Source: Eledone cirrhosa (taxonomy: Eukaryota). Taken from it: a stretch of DNA of 64,000 bases. The position numbers and the translations under genes were made by a program. The stretch is from the NCBI GenBank assembly GCA_964016885.1, contig OZ024742.1:32984001-33048000 (forward strand). Direction: 5' to 3'. The notes under the pieces were generated by a model. The model ran no database searches. It saw only the letters and a program-made list of their open reading frames with translations, and was not told the origin of the DNA. Positions 40,127-53,989 of the stretch are shown here, piece by piece (the stretch's first letter is position 1; every line of letters starts with the position of its first letter).

Positions 40127-40321
40127 TCATACAATATCCATATTCAGAATTTCCAGGTCTTGTAGACGCTGCGGATGTCTTAAGTGGAGAAATTCTAGAA
40201 GATTGTTTTTTAATCCTTGGTTGTAAGGGTTGTAGAAATTACCCTTGCCATCTTTAAGGTAGTAACAGCGGCGGTAGTTTATTCTTTCGTTGGTGGTTAG
40301 GTTCATAGCAGCATGGATTAT
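40127..40321 (-). CDS. DHHC palmitoyltransferase, last coding exon
   Basis: Acceptor TTCTTCAG; IIHAAMNLTTNERINYRRCYYLKDGKGNFYNPYNQGLKNNLLEF (TTxE and PaCCT motifs); stop TGA. Confidence 0.93.
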   Translation of the reverse strand: MIHAAMNLTTNERINYRRCYYLKDGKGNFYNPYNQGLKNNLLEFLHLRHPQRLQDLEILNMDIV

Positions 40322-42079
40322 CTGAAGAAAGTTACAAGAAAAAGTAAGTAAAGGAATAAACAAAAGCTTTCACATAAATTTATTTAAAGAATATTTATAT
40401 CATCATCAACATCGTTTAACGTCCGTTTGTCAACATTAGCATGAGTTAGACGAGTTGTCCTGTTGTGGGGAATGCCAGGTCAGGTGAGCATGTCTTACTC
40501 ATACAGAACTGATCTTGGCTTGGTTTCTACAGCTGGATGTTTTTTCTAACACCAACCTCATTTACAGTGAGTACTGGATGTTTTTTATTGTGATGCCTAC
40601 ACAACCACTTTAGAGTGTGGACAGGGTGCTTTTTGTTGTGACACCTACACGACTACTTTGCAGTGTGGACTGGATGCTTATATATATATATTATGGCTGT
40701 ATATTCAAAATATATTTTATTTTGAATTTTTGCCACCATTTAGCACTGTCCTATGGTGAGAAATAGGTTGTTCTCCCACATATGACATCACTAGTTGCTG
40801 CAGGCAACATATTCCAGCAGTAATTCTTCTACGCTCTCTGAGAACAATTGGGTTCTCTCTCTATGATTACTAGGTCTGCTGATGAAGCTAATGCTGTTTT
40901 CGGCTTGAATCATGCAGCCACTGTATTCGGCAAGTTGCAAATTGCACTTATTGAAGCTTACTGCATTAGCAGAAACCCTGGGGTCAGTTATCTAGGAGGT
41001 AATGAGCATTAGCAACTCATAGAACTTGTCTTTTATAACGTCTGGTAGTCCAGATTGGGGTGCATAAGCGAATATTATTGACACAGTTATTCTATTTAGA
41101 ACTAGTCATATCTTAATTATTCTGTCATTCACTCTATTTATGGCAATTACCTTATCTACCCATTTTTCTGCTAACATAATTCTTACACCACTTAGCCCGC
41201 TATCACATCCCATTTAGAAAAGCTTATAACATCATTTCTTGCCCACAATGAATCTAGCAGACTCACCCCTCCACCTAGTCTCTTGAACACAACAAATATC
41301 AACTTCCTTACATTCAAGCATCTCTACAACCTCATTTGAGTGACCTTTAAACGTACCTACATTCATAGTACCAACTCAGAAGTTTTGGAGTTTGCTGGGA
41401 GGGAGGAAGGGATGGGATGGGTGCACAGGGAGGGGTTGTGGGAGATGGAATTATGTTGGTCTTGGTCTTCCATGTCTGAAATATGAAACATGTGAAGTTG
41501 TATATCTGGCGACATATGGTTTGTTTATAAATAAACATTTTGAAAGCCTTCCACTATGAATTTGAAAACAGACAGCATAGTGCCATCTAGTGTGTTCCAA
41601 CAGCAGCTATATATATACATATACACACACACACACCATCATCATCCCCACCTTATGTCTATTTGGGTTAGATGGGTTGTCATGTTTTATGGCTAGCCAA
41701 TCATATCAGCTGATTGTGTCCTGCTCATGCATTGCATTTTGGCATGATTTGTATAACTGGATACCCTTCTGTATGCCAACCACCTTGCAGTGTGAACTAG
41801 GTTTGTTTTCTTGTGGCACCAACAATTCCACTTTTCAGTGTGGGTTGTGTGCATTATTTTGTGGAACCAATACTACCACATTTCAACATTATATATATAT
41901 ATTGAGAGAATTTTATTAATATTCTTGCAACATAGCCACAATGTTTCAGCAGAGCAAATGTTTGCTAAATTCCATCAGAGAAGTTTATGAGCTACTACAA
42001 TCAGCAGATTAAAAGTCAATATATATTTGGAGATAGAGAGATGGACAGCTAGATATATAGAGAGATATGGAAAGACAGT

Positions 42080-42140
<61 letters not shown>

Positions 42141-42318
42141 AGGGAGAGAAAGCCCTCTATCTGTCTTTCTCATTTCCTTTCTCTTACTTTCTATCTTTCT
42201 CTGGAAGAAATCTGCTGTACTCAGGCCTGGAGAGGGATGGGCTGTGCCAAGCATAAAGAAACGCTGTATGTCAATACGGCACCCCTACGACTCTATCAGG
42301 AGTTACGGGACCATACTA

Positions 42319-42397
<79 letters not shown>

Positions 42398-42419
42398 AGC
42401 CACATATAAAAGTACTTAC

Positions 42420-42585
42420 TGTCATGACGGGGATGACTCCAGCAACAAACGTAAAGATACCAGATTGACACAAGCCAATAACAACAAGCCAATTCCATTC
42501 ATGATATTTAAGCATGTAGTAGCACAGGTAATCAGTTATGGCACACATAAGGGCAATGGAACTGGCAAATCCAAAGAACCAAACC
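42420..42585 (-). CDS. DHHC palmitoyltransferase, exon encoding TM3-TM4
   Basis: TTTCAG acceptor and GTAAGT donor; 166 nt, phase 2 to 0, reading (R)VWFFGFASSIALMCAITDYL..GIFTFVAGVIPVMT; joins both neighbouring exons in frame. Confidence 0.9.
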
Positions 42586-42859
42586 CTGAAATTTGAAGAT
42601 CAGAAAAATCAGTGGAATAAATAAAAACAATTGTGAGTATATACTGTACTTTTTTGAATATAAGACAAACCCTTATTTTGAAGAAAAGTATTAATGGCTT
42701 GTGTATAGTGTGTGTGTGTGTGTGTGTTTATATATATATATATATTATAGTTCACCATACCGAGCTGAAGATCCGCTAAGGTGAAACAATTGTTCTTGGT
42801 ATGGTGAACAAACTGTTGCGTTACTATATATATATTATATATATATATTATATATATAT

Positions 42860-43835
42860 ACTAGCATTAAAGCCCGGTGTTGCTCGGGGTCAGTAAGTTA
42901 CCAAATTTAGGTTGCACCACCCATTTTATGTCTGCCAGGCACTGGGTGAATGAATTGCAGACCTGGACTGCCGAAGCAGGAGCTGCGCCAGCAGTGACAA
43001 TTGTAGTTTCGCCTATGGATATTATCTCTGTGCAAAGAAGTGTTGAAATTTATTGTTTCACAGTACTTGCGCAACACGCGCCTAGACGATACCAGCCGAA
43101 CAACAGAGCTGCGATGGAGTTGTTCTGCATGGTTGTCTAATGTGTATTTTCTAAATTTAAGACAGTAGGGAGGGGTGTGATATGGGGGAGAGTTGGCTGC
43201 TGTTTCTAGCAGGTTTAGTGACCTCACAGAGGATATATGTTTTCTAAATTTAAGACAGTAGGGAGGGGTGTGATATGGGGGAGAGTTAGTTGCTGTTTCT
43301 AGCAGGGTTAGTGACCTCATAGAGGATATTGTGTATAGTAAATAAACTGATACTTCTTTCTTCCAAGTTCGTTGAGAGATGTTTTAAAAAAGATTTATCG
43401 CTATTTTTTTTGTTGTTGAATAAATTTATCTGTTGCTTTTGAATAATTGTTGTTTCGACTCAAAAACAAACGTTCTCTCTGTCTCTCACTCTCTTCTCTC
43501 TCTTCTTTTTTCGACGTTCCTAACGGAAGTTTGTAAGTTTAAGCGTATATAAGAGAAAGTTGCAGCATGTATGTAGTTTTATCGAATTTTAAGGGAAGTA
43601 GAGAGAGTGAATCAGATATTATTAGAAGGGTAAAGCATCATGTATTTAGTTTTATCGATTATTTCCGTAATTGTGGGTGAGTTTGAAATAAATAAATAGT
43701 TGTTGACCTAAGTTAGACCATTTACAACATTCTTACAGACTTTGAGTCAAATCCGTTTGAAATTGTGCAAATGTATAAGCATGGAACATGCACACACACA
43801 CACACACACAACAACAATCTGCCTTTTATAGATAA
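42860..43835 (+). mobile_element. Helitron/Helentron-associated (HINE/DINE-like) non-autonomous element
   Basis: 5' ACTAGC..GCCCGGTGTTGCTCGGG; 3' (CA)n..TCTGCCTTTTATAGAT; internal 95-bp tandem duplication at 43142-43325. Confidence 0.45.
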
Positions 43836-43944
43836 TGATATATATTTATTAAAATAACAGATTAAAGTTTAAGCAAAGAATTGCTGCTTTCACCTTTAAC
43901 GGGATCTTCTGAAACTCTTTGGATTTTAGTCTTCACATTTATTA

Positions 43945-44600
43945 TTGGACGGGAATTGTTCCACTTGAGGCAAGATTGGTTGTCTTATTCAGGACTGTCT
44001 GGCGGGTTTTCTACGGCTGGATGCCCTTCCTAATACCAACCACGTTTTCAGTATGGACTGGGAGGTTTTTACCGTGTTACTTACACGGCCACATTACAGT
44101 GTGGACTGTGTTTTTTTGTCGTGACACCTACACAACCTCATTTATTTAGGACTGGATGTTGTGGTACCAGCATAGCTTTACATCAAAAGGGGTGGTGTAG
44201 ATGGCGGTGGGGGTAGAGTTGGGACGGGGGTGTATTTTGGTTAAGAGGTGCCTACTGACTGTAGGTTTCGCTTTGTACTTAGGCAAGGCGGGTCTTCTGT
44301 ATTACTACGTAGCGCCAAAGATCTCGGTCCAGTGACATTGTCTTGGAGAGGTGTAAGTGTGTGAGGTTGGATTTTATCAAGTCGTCCCAGGTTTTTCTCG
44401 GTCTGTCTACTCCGTAGCTACCGTCTATTTTGATCGCCCCGCACTTTTTTATACAGCTGTCATCTTTCATGCGCATCACGTGACCATACCAACGTAGTCT
44501 TCTCTCGAGTAAACAGCATCTGATCCCTCTTATTCCTAATTTCTCACTTAGTTCATTTATACTTTGCCGTTCGCGTATATTACTATTACACATCCAATAT
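43945..44600 (-). mobile_element. RTE 3' fragment with 3' UTR
   Basis: [28 protein letters not shown]. Confidence 0.9.
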
Positions 44601-44658
44601 ATATAATATATCAATACCTCACCTATCTCCTTCCATTCAAATTAGAAGCTACATTCTT

Positions 44659-44843
44659 AGAAGCTTTCACCATATTTTTACCTAAAGAAATTTTAGCCTG
44701 ATAGAGGGGTTTAGAACCCTTTAAGAAATGGAAAAAGATGAGTATACATGTACGTCAATACTCATCTTTTTCCATTTCTTAAAGGGTTCTAAACCCTTCT
44801 ATCAGGCTAACATTTCTTTAGTTAAAAATACGGTGAAAGCTTC
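44659..44843. repeat. Palindrome made from Penelope-like coding sequence
   Basis: Arms of about 87 bp; the right arm and flank read roughly KGSKPFYQ..KNTVKASISNFNIAR, resembling the SKIFNKHTI..SYSTSSNISNI linker at 60280-60360. Confidence 0.7.
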
Positions 44844-44897
44844 TATTTCTAATTTCAATATCGCTCGCTGTTTCAAAACATACTTACCTGTCATATA

Positions 44898-46540
44898 TAA
44901 TAATAATAATAATAATAATAGTGAAATTATTGTGTAAAGTGCTCAGATGCACTACAACTCGTCAAAGGTGCATGTATAGTACATAGAATAATATACAAAT
45001 ACAGGAAAGTGAATAGTGTATGAGTCATGATATACATGTGTGTATGTGTATGGAGGGGGAACATTAAGTGTAGTGTTGGCAAATCTCAGGAAGCATGGAG
45101 GTTTTAATGGATGCAGTGTCTCGACAGCTAACAATTGATGCAGGTAGTTTGTTCCATGGAGGTTTTAAAGGATGCAGTGTCTCGACAGCTAACAATTGAT
45201 GCAGGTAGTTTGTTCCATGGAGGTTTTAAAGGATGCAGTGTTTCGACAGCTAACAACTGATGCAGGTAGTTTGTTCCATGGAGATTTTAAAGGATGCAGT
45301 GTTTCGACAGCTAACAACTGATGCAGGTAGTTTGTTCCATGCTTCAGCAACTCTGAGCGTGAAAATGTTTCCGAAAGTCATGAGAACTGTGCTGTTTTCT
45401 GACTTTGTTGGCATGCCCATGTGTGTTAGACACATGGAAATCAAAAAGGTATTCAGGGTTGTTGTTGGCAAGATGGTTAATAATTTTGTGGGTGTTTACC
45501 AAGTCAGTTGCCAGGCGTCGGAGCTTCAATGTATCCATGCCCAGGGAAGCAAGGCGTTCAGAGTATGGTAGATGACTGATGGAGGGTATTCGCTTGGTTG
45601 CACGTCTCTGAACAGTTTCCAGGCGGTCAATGTTCTGAGAAAGATATGGGTTCCAGACTGTTGATACAAATTCTAAGTGGGGCTGCACCATAGCCATGTA
45701 CAGCTTTAAATAGATAGCTGGAGAGCGGCTGACAAAGGTCTTGCTGAGTGATGCTAAGACACTCTCGGCCTTCTTGACAATTTTAGAGACATGCTTCATC
45801 CAATGCAAATCGCTGCTGACCATAATGCCCAGGTCACGTTCACAAGAAGATTTCTTGATATTAGTGTTGTGGAGGGAGTATGTGGACGCTAGGTTTTTAC
45901 TCCCAAAATGCATGGTGATGCACTTGTCCACAGCTAGCTTGAGTTGCCAGTCTGTGATCCATTGTTGCATTGTGTCCAGGTCAGATTGCAGGCAAGATCT
46001 ATAGTGTTCAGGATTTGTCCTTTTTATCTCAAGGTACAGCTTGATGTCATCTGCATATTTCAGTACTGTGGCATTCTTAAAGTTGGCATCTATGTCATTA
46101 ATATATGCCACAAACAAAAGGGGGCCAAGAACAGATCCCTGTGGTACACCAGATGACATCTCATATGGTGAGGAATGCTGTCCCAGAACCGTGACTACCT
46201 CTCTTCGACTGAGAATGAAGGACTTCAACCAGTTAAAAAGATCATCCTTCACACCCATTGCAGAGAGTTTTGCCATAGAATTGAAAAGTCAAGGTAAACA
46301 ACATCCACCCATGAGCCACCATCAGTGATCCGGGTGATGTCTTCAAGAAACTCGATAAGTTGATCACAGCAGCTGGAGTTAGGGATAAATCCAAATTGCG
46401 AGGGCCGGATAAGACTGTGAGAGTTCCAGAAGTTCCAAAGTGTTTCTCTGACACAGGATTCCATCAGTTTGATTCCATGCAGCTAGTAAGACTGACTGGA
46501 CGATAGTTCACAGGTGATGTGCGGTCACCCTTTTTGAACA
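44898..46540 (-). mobile_element. CR1/jockey-group LINE RT, 5'-truncated and frameshifted
   Basis: YRPVSLTS, QFGF, YLDFS, SGVPQGSVLGPLLF, YADDIKLY, RDLGI; about four 61-bp tandem units at 45095-45340; (TTA)n tail. Confidence 0.92.
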
Positions 46541-46616
46541 GACACATACACACACACATATATATACATACGTATACATACACACACATGTATATATACA
46601 TACACATATATATATG

Positions 46617-46813
46617 TCGGTCAGCTGAAAAGTTTATAGACTAACTATGAAGACTGATGTTAGAGCTGTGAAATCTTGCATGAATTAATTTCAACTCTTC
46701 TTATTAATAACTGCATTGTTTCTTTCCAGGGATTGTGTTGAAAAATAAATCTCATTTGGTCATTCCATGAGAAAATCCTGGTCAGTCTATGAACCTTTCA
46801 ATCGACCCTCGTA
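46617..46813. mobile_element. Tc1/mariner-type MITE remnant
   Basis: Right end CTATGAACCTTTCAATCGACCCTCGTA mirrors left GGTCAGCTGAAAAGTTTATAG. Confidence 0.55.
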
Positions 46814-47204
46814 TATTGTATTCATACTTACAGTGAATGGAAACAGTCTTTGACACAAAATCTTTGGGTAAATGTCTTGTACACCAGAAAATACTGTAAA
46901 CTTTTTAACCAAATTTTGTTTTAAACATTGAAGGTTTTGTGCAAGTTCAAAGCTAATTTGTTTTTAAAGAAACAGATGAAAAATGTATCTCAAGAACATA
47001 TACTGGCATTGTATTTTCTTGAGGTGATGTATTGAAACAATTGTATAGCATTAAATATTTTAAGAACTGTTACCTATCATCTGAATTTGTTATGATTACA
47101 ATGAAATAGAATTCCGTCCAGGAGATCGATTTAGTAACCAATATCTGAACGCTGCCGTAATGCAACATGCAGCCAATCAACAACACACTTGTTATCTCAT
47201 AGAA

Positions 47205-47996
47205 CAGAGGTCGGCAACCTTTTGGGGTGTGTGGGCCACATTGCTATGCAGTCTCGTCGACAGGCCATGATACCAAATAAGTAAGGAGAACATGCAAAAT
47301 TGGATACAGTAATATGATAAATACTATGACATTTTTAATAAACTGTGACAAAACCATATCTGGCAGTGTATTTAGATCAGGGTTGCTATTTGTTCGATGA
47401 AAAAATTTACTTGTAATAATACTGAGCACTTTTAACATAGAAAATAAATATAAGTTATTATTATCGAATACAGTCAACTTACAGATGTTTTACTACCAGA
47501 CAACAAACTCAAATGAAATATTTTGAGGATGTAATGAAATAACGGTATGCCAGACATGCTGACTTGTTTTAGGTAAGTCTGGGTCATTCCACATCTCTAC
47601 CATACACATACTATGTATGTACGTATATACACACACACACACAATCCCCTTCACTATTCTGTCTGTCTGAGTTTCATTGTTACTATCATTGTTACTATCA
47701 TTGTTACTATCATTGTTACTATCATTGTTACTATCATTGTTACTATCATTGTTACTATCATTGTTACTATCATGTTACTATCATTGTTACTATCATGTTA
47801 CTATCATGTTAAAAAATTATGTTCAGCTAAGTGAATCTTGTGGCTAGATGTGTTCTCCAGTCGGTATTTTAATCCAAAATAATTCAGAGCACTTTTTCAG
47901 GGATCGCTTAGCCTAAGATTGAAACCTGTTGGCGGGCCGGACAAAAATCCTTGATGGGTAGGATGTGGCCCAACAGCCAGGACTTGCCAACCCCTG
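47205..47996. mobile_element. Non-autonomous hAT (Charlie-like) element
   Basis: TIRs CAGAGGTCGGCAA / TTGCCAACCCCTG; exact 8-bp TSD TCATAGAA (47197-47204 and 47997-48004); internal 12-bp repeat TCATTGTTACTA. Confidence 0.88.
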
Positions 47997-48099
47997 TCAT
48001 AGAACATGTGAACAGATATATACAGTCATAATTAAAACAAAACATCAACACCCCCCTCACTATATAATAGAATCAAGACATTTGTGATGAAATAGTTAC

Positions 48100-48272
48100 C
48101 TGTTTGTATAACCCACACAGTTGTAAATGTATGGACAATGATGATCAAATTCTCGGACACAGCGGTTACAAATTCTACAATGTTTTGCACGCATTGGTTT
48201 CACAATCTGACAAGTGTGACACAGACGGCTTAAGGGATTGCTCCCCTGCTTCCACTCATCAAAATGTGCTAC
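48100..48272 (-). CDS. DHHC palmitoyltransferase catalytic exon (resembles ankyrin-DHHC Patsas/ZDHHC13/17/PAT23-24 type)
   Basis: TTTTAG acceptor and GTAACT donor; [58 protein letters not shown]; 173 nt, phase 0 to 2; absent from the ORF track. Confidence 0.96.
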
Positions 48273-48362
48273 CTAAAAGAGTAGAAAATAATTGGTAAAC
48301 AGCATTTACTATATTTACTAGCTCATAAGCCACTACATGTCATAAGACTCACCATTATTGAG

Positions 48363-48550
48363 ACTGGATTGGCAGTATTGGTAGAGAGTCGGACACTATG
48401 CTTTCCAGCATAGTTACGTCCCTTTACGGTCTGAGTTCAAATCCCGCCGAGGTTAACTTTGCCTTTCATCCTTACGGGGTCGATAAAATAAAGTACCAGT
48501 AATGTACTGGGTAATTGATGGCCTTGTGCCAAAAGTAGAAACAATTATTG
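48363..48550 (+). mobile_element. Nin/Deu-type tRNA SINE
   Basis: Full head, B-box, central domain and tail; further copies at 49720-50065, 24020-24200 and 31378-31560. Confidence 0.85.
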
Positions 48551-50504
48551 AGACTTATCTGATGGTATATCCACGTCCTGGACACTAAACACTGAAAATA
48601 AATCCAAGTATGGCACAGTGGAATACAATCTGATCTACAAATATTATGTTACTCTTGACTAATGCGACACTATATAACAAGTGTTTTAAGGCTATTTTCC
48701 CTGCTAAAGCAGGGGTTAAAATTGCAGGCTCCATGATATATTTTATATTGATCATGGGGTCTTTTTTGCATTAAATTTTGACACCCAGATGTCCTTCCTG
48801 GCACCAACTCTTTTATTTGCTTTTTACTACATGCCAGAGAATGGTGTACCTATTATAAACCAGATACAAACAGAAATACAAGACTCAACCAAAAATTAGT
48901 AAAGTATATTTTGGAAACATATAGGTACAGGCATGGTTAAGGAGTACATTCTATAACTATGCCATCCTGGGCAAATGTCTTCTATCATAGACTTCTGTTG
49001 ACCAAAGCCTTGTGAGTGAAATTTTGTAGATAGAAACCAAATGTAAGTCTATCCCATCATCATTATCATCGCAAAATTGCATGCCAGCAAGATGGCCCAC
49101 AAGGAAAAGATGCAGCCATGTCTGTTCTTTTCTCTATCCTCAACTTCCTCTTCAAGTGGAACTTGAAGAAATTGATGAGGGCTTGCCTGAGGGAAGATTC
49201 TTGTCCTCGATCTTTTTAGACAAGTCCACCATACAGCTTCCGTAACCATAGCTACCAGACAGGAAGACTTGCTGCACAATTCTTCTAAAAGTAGGCGGCA
49301 GCTGAATTTTCAACATAGACCCAGCTGATAGCTGGATCTATCCTACATATGATAATTATTGTTATAAGGGCAGTGGATTGGCAGTATCGGAAGATTGTTG
49401 GATGATATGTTATGTGGCATATAGTTATGGCTCTTTATGTTCTGAGTTCAAATTCTGCCAAAGTTTTTTATTGGGGATATTAATAGTGACTTAATATAGG
49501 CATATCCAGATGTCCTTTGAGAGTAATACGTGTGTGTGTGTGTATGTGTGAACTTTGCCTTTCATCCTTTCATGGCAGTATGAAAGCTGTACAGGAGAAG
49601 ACATGTCCAACCCATGCAAGAACAGAAAGGTGGACATAAAAATGATGATGATGATGATAATCCTCCTCCTCCTCATCATCATCATCATCACAATCATTCA
49701 CTGTCATTATTATTTTCTACGGCCATTGCCATTCTGAGTTCAAATCCCACCGAGGTTAACTTTGCCTTTCATCCTTATGGGGTCGATAAAATAAAGTACC
49801 AGTAATACACTGGGTTATTGCTGGCCTTGTGCCAAAAGTAGAAACAATTATTATTTTCTGGTAAAGGGCGGTAGATTGGCAGTATCGGTAGAGAGTCGGA
49901 CACCATGCTTTGAAGCATAGAGTTACATCCCTTTATGATCTGAGTTCAAATCCCGCCAAGCTTAACTTTGCCTTTCATCCTTACGGGGGGTCGATAAAAT
50001 AAAGTACCAGTAATACACTGGGTTATTGCTGGCCTTGTGCCAAAAGTAGAAACAATTATTATTTTCTGGTAAAAATATGGTAAATCCAACTTTGATGCTA
50101 CAAGATAAAATTAAAAAAAATAAGAACAAAAAACCAAACAAAAAGAAAACAAAAAGGAATTCATTTGATAAATATCACTAAAAGAGGAAACTAAAGCAAC
50201 AGCAACAACAGCAAAATGGTATGTTTAGTGAAAGGTCAGAGAAATTGATCTCATTTTTCTTTTTCTACCCTTTTTGTTTTTCTTCTCCTTCATAACCTAT
50301 ATAATTGGGCTAAATTTACTGGCTCCATTTTTAGACACGGATTGAGCTTTAGGATAATTCATATGTTTGTATATGTGTGTGTGAGAGATAGATAGAGTGA
50401 GGGAGAGGGAGAGAGACTGGAACTGAAGGATATATCTAATTAGAGACTAAAATGCCATTAACTAACTATCTTTACCCTCCCATAACCCTCTATATATTTT
50501 CAGC

Positions 50505-50565
<61 letters not shown>

Positions 50566-50572
50566 GATATAT

Positions 50573-50627
<55 letters not shown>

Positions 50628-50910
50628 TATATATATATAAATTTTAGTACAGAATAGACGAAGCTCTAGTATACGGCCAAGCTAGCGTGTATGCTTATTC
50701 GGTTTGTAGCTTTAGCACTCATATGAGGTAAGACCCCAGAGTATAACATTATGTTCAGACAGCTTAGCAAATCAGATATAGCAGTCGGCAGTCCAACCGC
50801 ATCACTAGACCAACGAAAATACAGGACCCAGGTAAAGATGTTTTACTGACCTGGACATAACGCTGAGGCTGGGTGTAAAATATACAATCCACAGGTATTA
50901 TATATATATA

Positions 50911-51131
<221 letters not shown>

Positions 51132-51145
51132 TATATATATATATT

Positions 51146-51294
<149 letters not shown>

Positions 51295-51324
51295 ATATAT
51301 AAATATATATATATATAAATATAT

Positions 51325-51625
<301 letters not shown>

Positions 51626-51666
51626 TTATATATATATATATTTATATATATATATATATATATATG

Positions 51667-53860
51667 AGGACCAGAAACAGGAGGTATTCAAGATTGCGAG
51701 GCAGTGTGTCAGAGATAGTTGTGATGTCATTGGAGAGAAGTGTATCCGGAATGATAAAGGTGAGCTTGCCCTCACAAGTGCTGAGAAGAAAGATGCATGG
51801 AAGAGTCATTATGATAGATTACTAAATGAGGAGAATGCATGGGAAGAAGAGACCCTACCCCACGTAGACCCTATAGAGGGACCAGCAGTACAAGTCAGCG
51901 GCAGCGTAGTAAGTAAGGCAATCAGAGATATGAAGATAGGGAAGGCAACCGGTCCATCGGGTATAGCTGCCGAGATGCTGAAGGCATCTGGGTCTGTAGG
52001 TCACACTATAACCACACGTATCGTTAACCAGGTAATACTAGAGGGGGCCATACCAAAAGATTGGTGCAGTAGCATCATTGTCAACTGCTACAAAGGTAAA
52101 GGCGATGCACTAGATAGAGGAAACTATAGAGGTATAAAGTTGATGGACCAGGTCATGAAAGTAACAGAAAGAGTTATAGCACAGCTGATTAGGGACCGGG
52201 TGAATATAGACGAGATGCAATTTGGGTTTGTACCAGGGAAAGGCACCACTGATGCCCTCTTCCTTGTGAGGCAATTACAGGAAAAGTACCTAGCTAAAAG
52301 TAAGCCACTCTACTTGGCATTTGTCGACCTTGAGAAAGCCTTTGACAGAGTTCCACGTGCAGTAATCTGGTGGGCTCTTAGAAAACTAGGAGTAGATGAA
52401 TGGCTTGTGAAAGCGGTACAAGCCATGTATAGGGGAGCAGTCAACAAAGTTAGGATTGGCAATGAGTATAGCGAGGAATTTAGCGTACAGGTTGGGGTCC
52501 ACCAGGGCTCTGTTCTTAGCCCTCTCCTGTTCATCATAGTCCTGCAGGCAATAACGGAGGAGTTTAAGACCGGATGCCCATGGGAACTCCTGTATGCTGA
52601 TGACCTCGCACTCATAGCTGAATCTATGGTAGAACTAGAGAATAAATTCCAAACCTGGAAGCAGGGACTAGAGAGAAAGGGCCTCAAAGCCAACATGACA
52701 AAGACTAAGGTCCTTATAAGTAGACGAGAAAACAGAACCCAGATCCCCTCAGGGAAATGGCCTTGCTCAGTATGTAGGAAAGGTGTAGGTAGGAACTCCA
52801 TTCTCTGCCCCAAATGCAAACAATGGGTACACAAGAGATGTAGCGGGATCTCAGGAAGCTTAATTAAGAATGTAGGATTCACATGCAGCAGCTGTGCTGA
52901 AACAGCAAGCAAACAGCCACAGGAAACAAGTACCACCAATCTCTGGGAGGGCCCTGTAGAAACAGTAGACAGCTTCTGCTACCTAGGTGACCGAATTAGC
53001 AACGGAGGTGGGTGCTCAGAAAGTACAATAACTAGGGTAAGAACGGGATGGAAGAAGTTTAGGGAACTACTACCACTGCTAGCTGCAAAAGGCTTCTCCC
53101 TCAGAATGAAAGGCAGACTGTATGATGCGTGTATCTGAACAGCGATGTTGCATGGTAGTGAGACCTGGGCGCTGAAGGTGGAAGACTTACGTAGATTAGA
53201 GAGAAACGAAGCCTGCATGCTCCGATGGATGTGTAACAGTAATATACGTGAACGACAAAGCATAAAGGAATTGAGAGAGAGACTGAGCATAAGAGGAATC
53301 AAATGCTGCGTGCAGGAGAGGCGGTTACGCTGGTATGGACATGTGATGCGTATGAAGGATGACAGCTGCATAAAAAGGTGCAGAGCACTAGAAGTTGATG
53401 GAAACCGCGGAGTGGGGAGACCCAAGATGACTTGGGATGAGGTGATAAAAGCCGACCTTACCCAACTACACCTCTCAAAGTCAATGACACACGACCGTGA
53501 CTTCTGGCGTCACGCAGTAATACAGGGTACCCGACCTCCCATGGGTACATGCTGAAGCACATAGACAATATGCCCCCCCCCCCCCCCACCGCAAGGTGGT
53601 CGTGGAGGTGCCACGGCAAAAAAGCACCCAGCCCACACTGTAAAGTGGACGTGTAGGTGCCACGAAAAAGCACCCAGCACTCACTGTAAATGAGGTTGGT
53701 GTTAGGAAGGGCATCCAGCTGTAGAAATCAAGCCAGATCAGTTCCTGTATGAGCAAGGCATGGTCAGCCGACCAGACACTGCCCACAACAGGACAACCCG
53801 TCTAACCCATGCTAGCGTGGAAGAACGGACGTAAAACAGTGATGATGATGATGATGATGA
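51667..53860 (+). mobile_element. Young 5'-truncated RTE LINE (subfamily B)
   Basis: RT ORF 51930-53138, single stop TGA, continuation 53145-53555, 3' UTR and (GAT)n tail. Confidence 0.95.
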
Positions 53861-53889
53861 TATATATATATTTATATATATATATTTAT

Positions 53890-53939
<50 letters not shown>

Positions 53940-53989
53940 ATTAAAATATAAATATATATATATATATTTATATATATATATATAAATAT

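Noticed and set aside
40873-40920. CTGATGA..GAATCATG as a hammerhead
   Set aside because: GAAA is altered, there is no UH cleavage site and stem II is weak; at best a very old remnant.
43083-43140. Imperfect 57-nt hairpin as a pre-miRNA
   Set aside because: It lies inside a probable transposon, has several bulges, and shows no recognisable mature miRNA.
48363-48460. tRNA gene
   Set aside because: The A/B boxes belong to a SINE head with no full cloverleaf, and it continues into the SINE body.
52310-53425. Long antisense ORFs over RTE copies
   Set aside because: These are shadow frames of the RT coding strand with no independent motifs.
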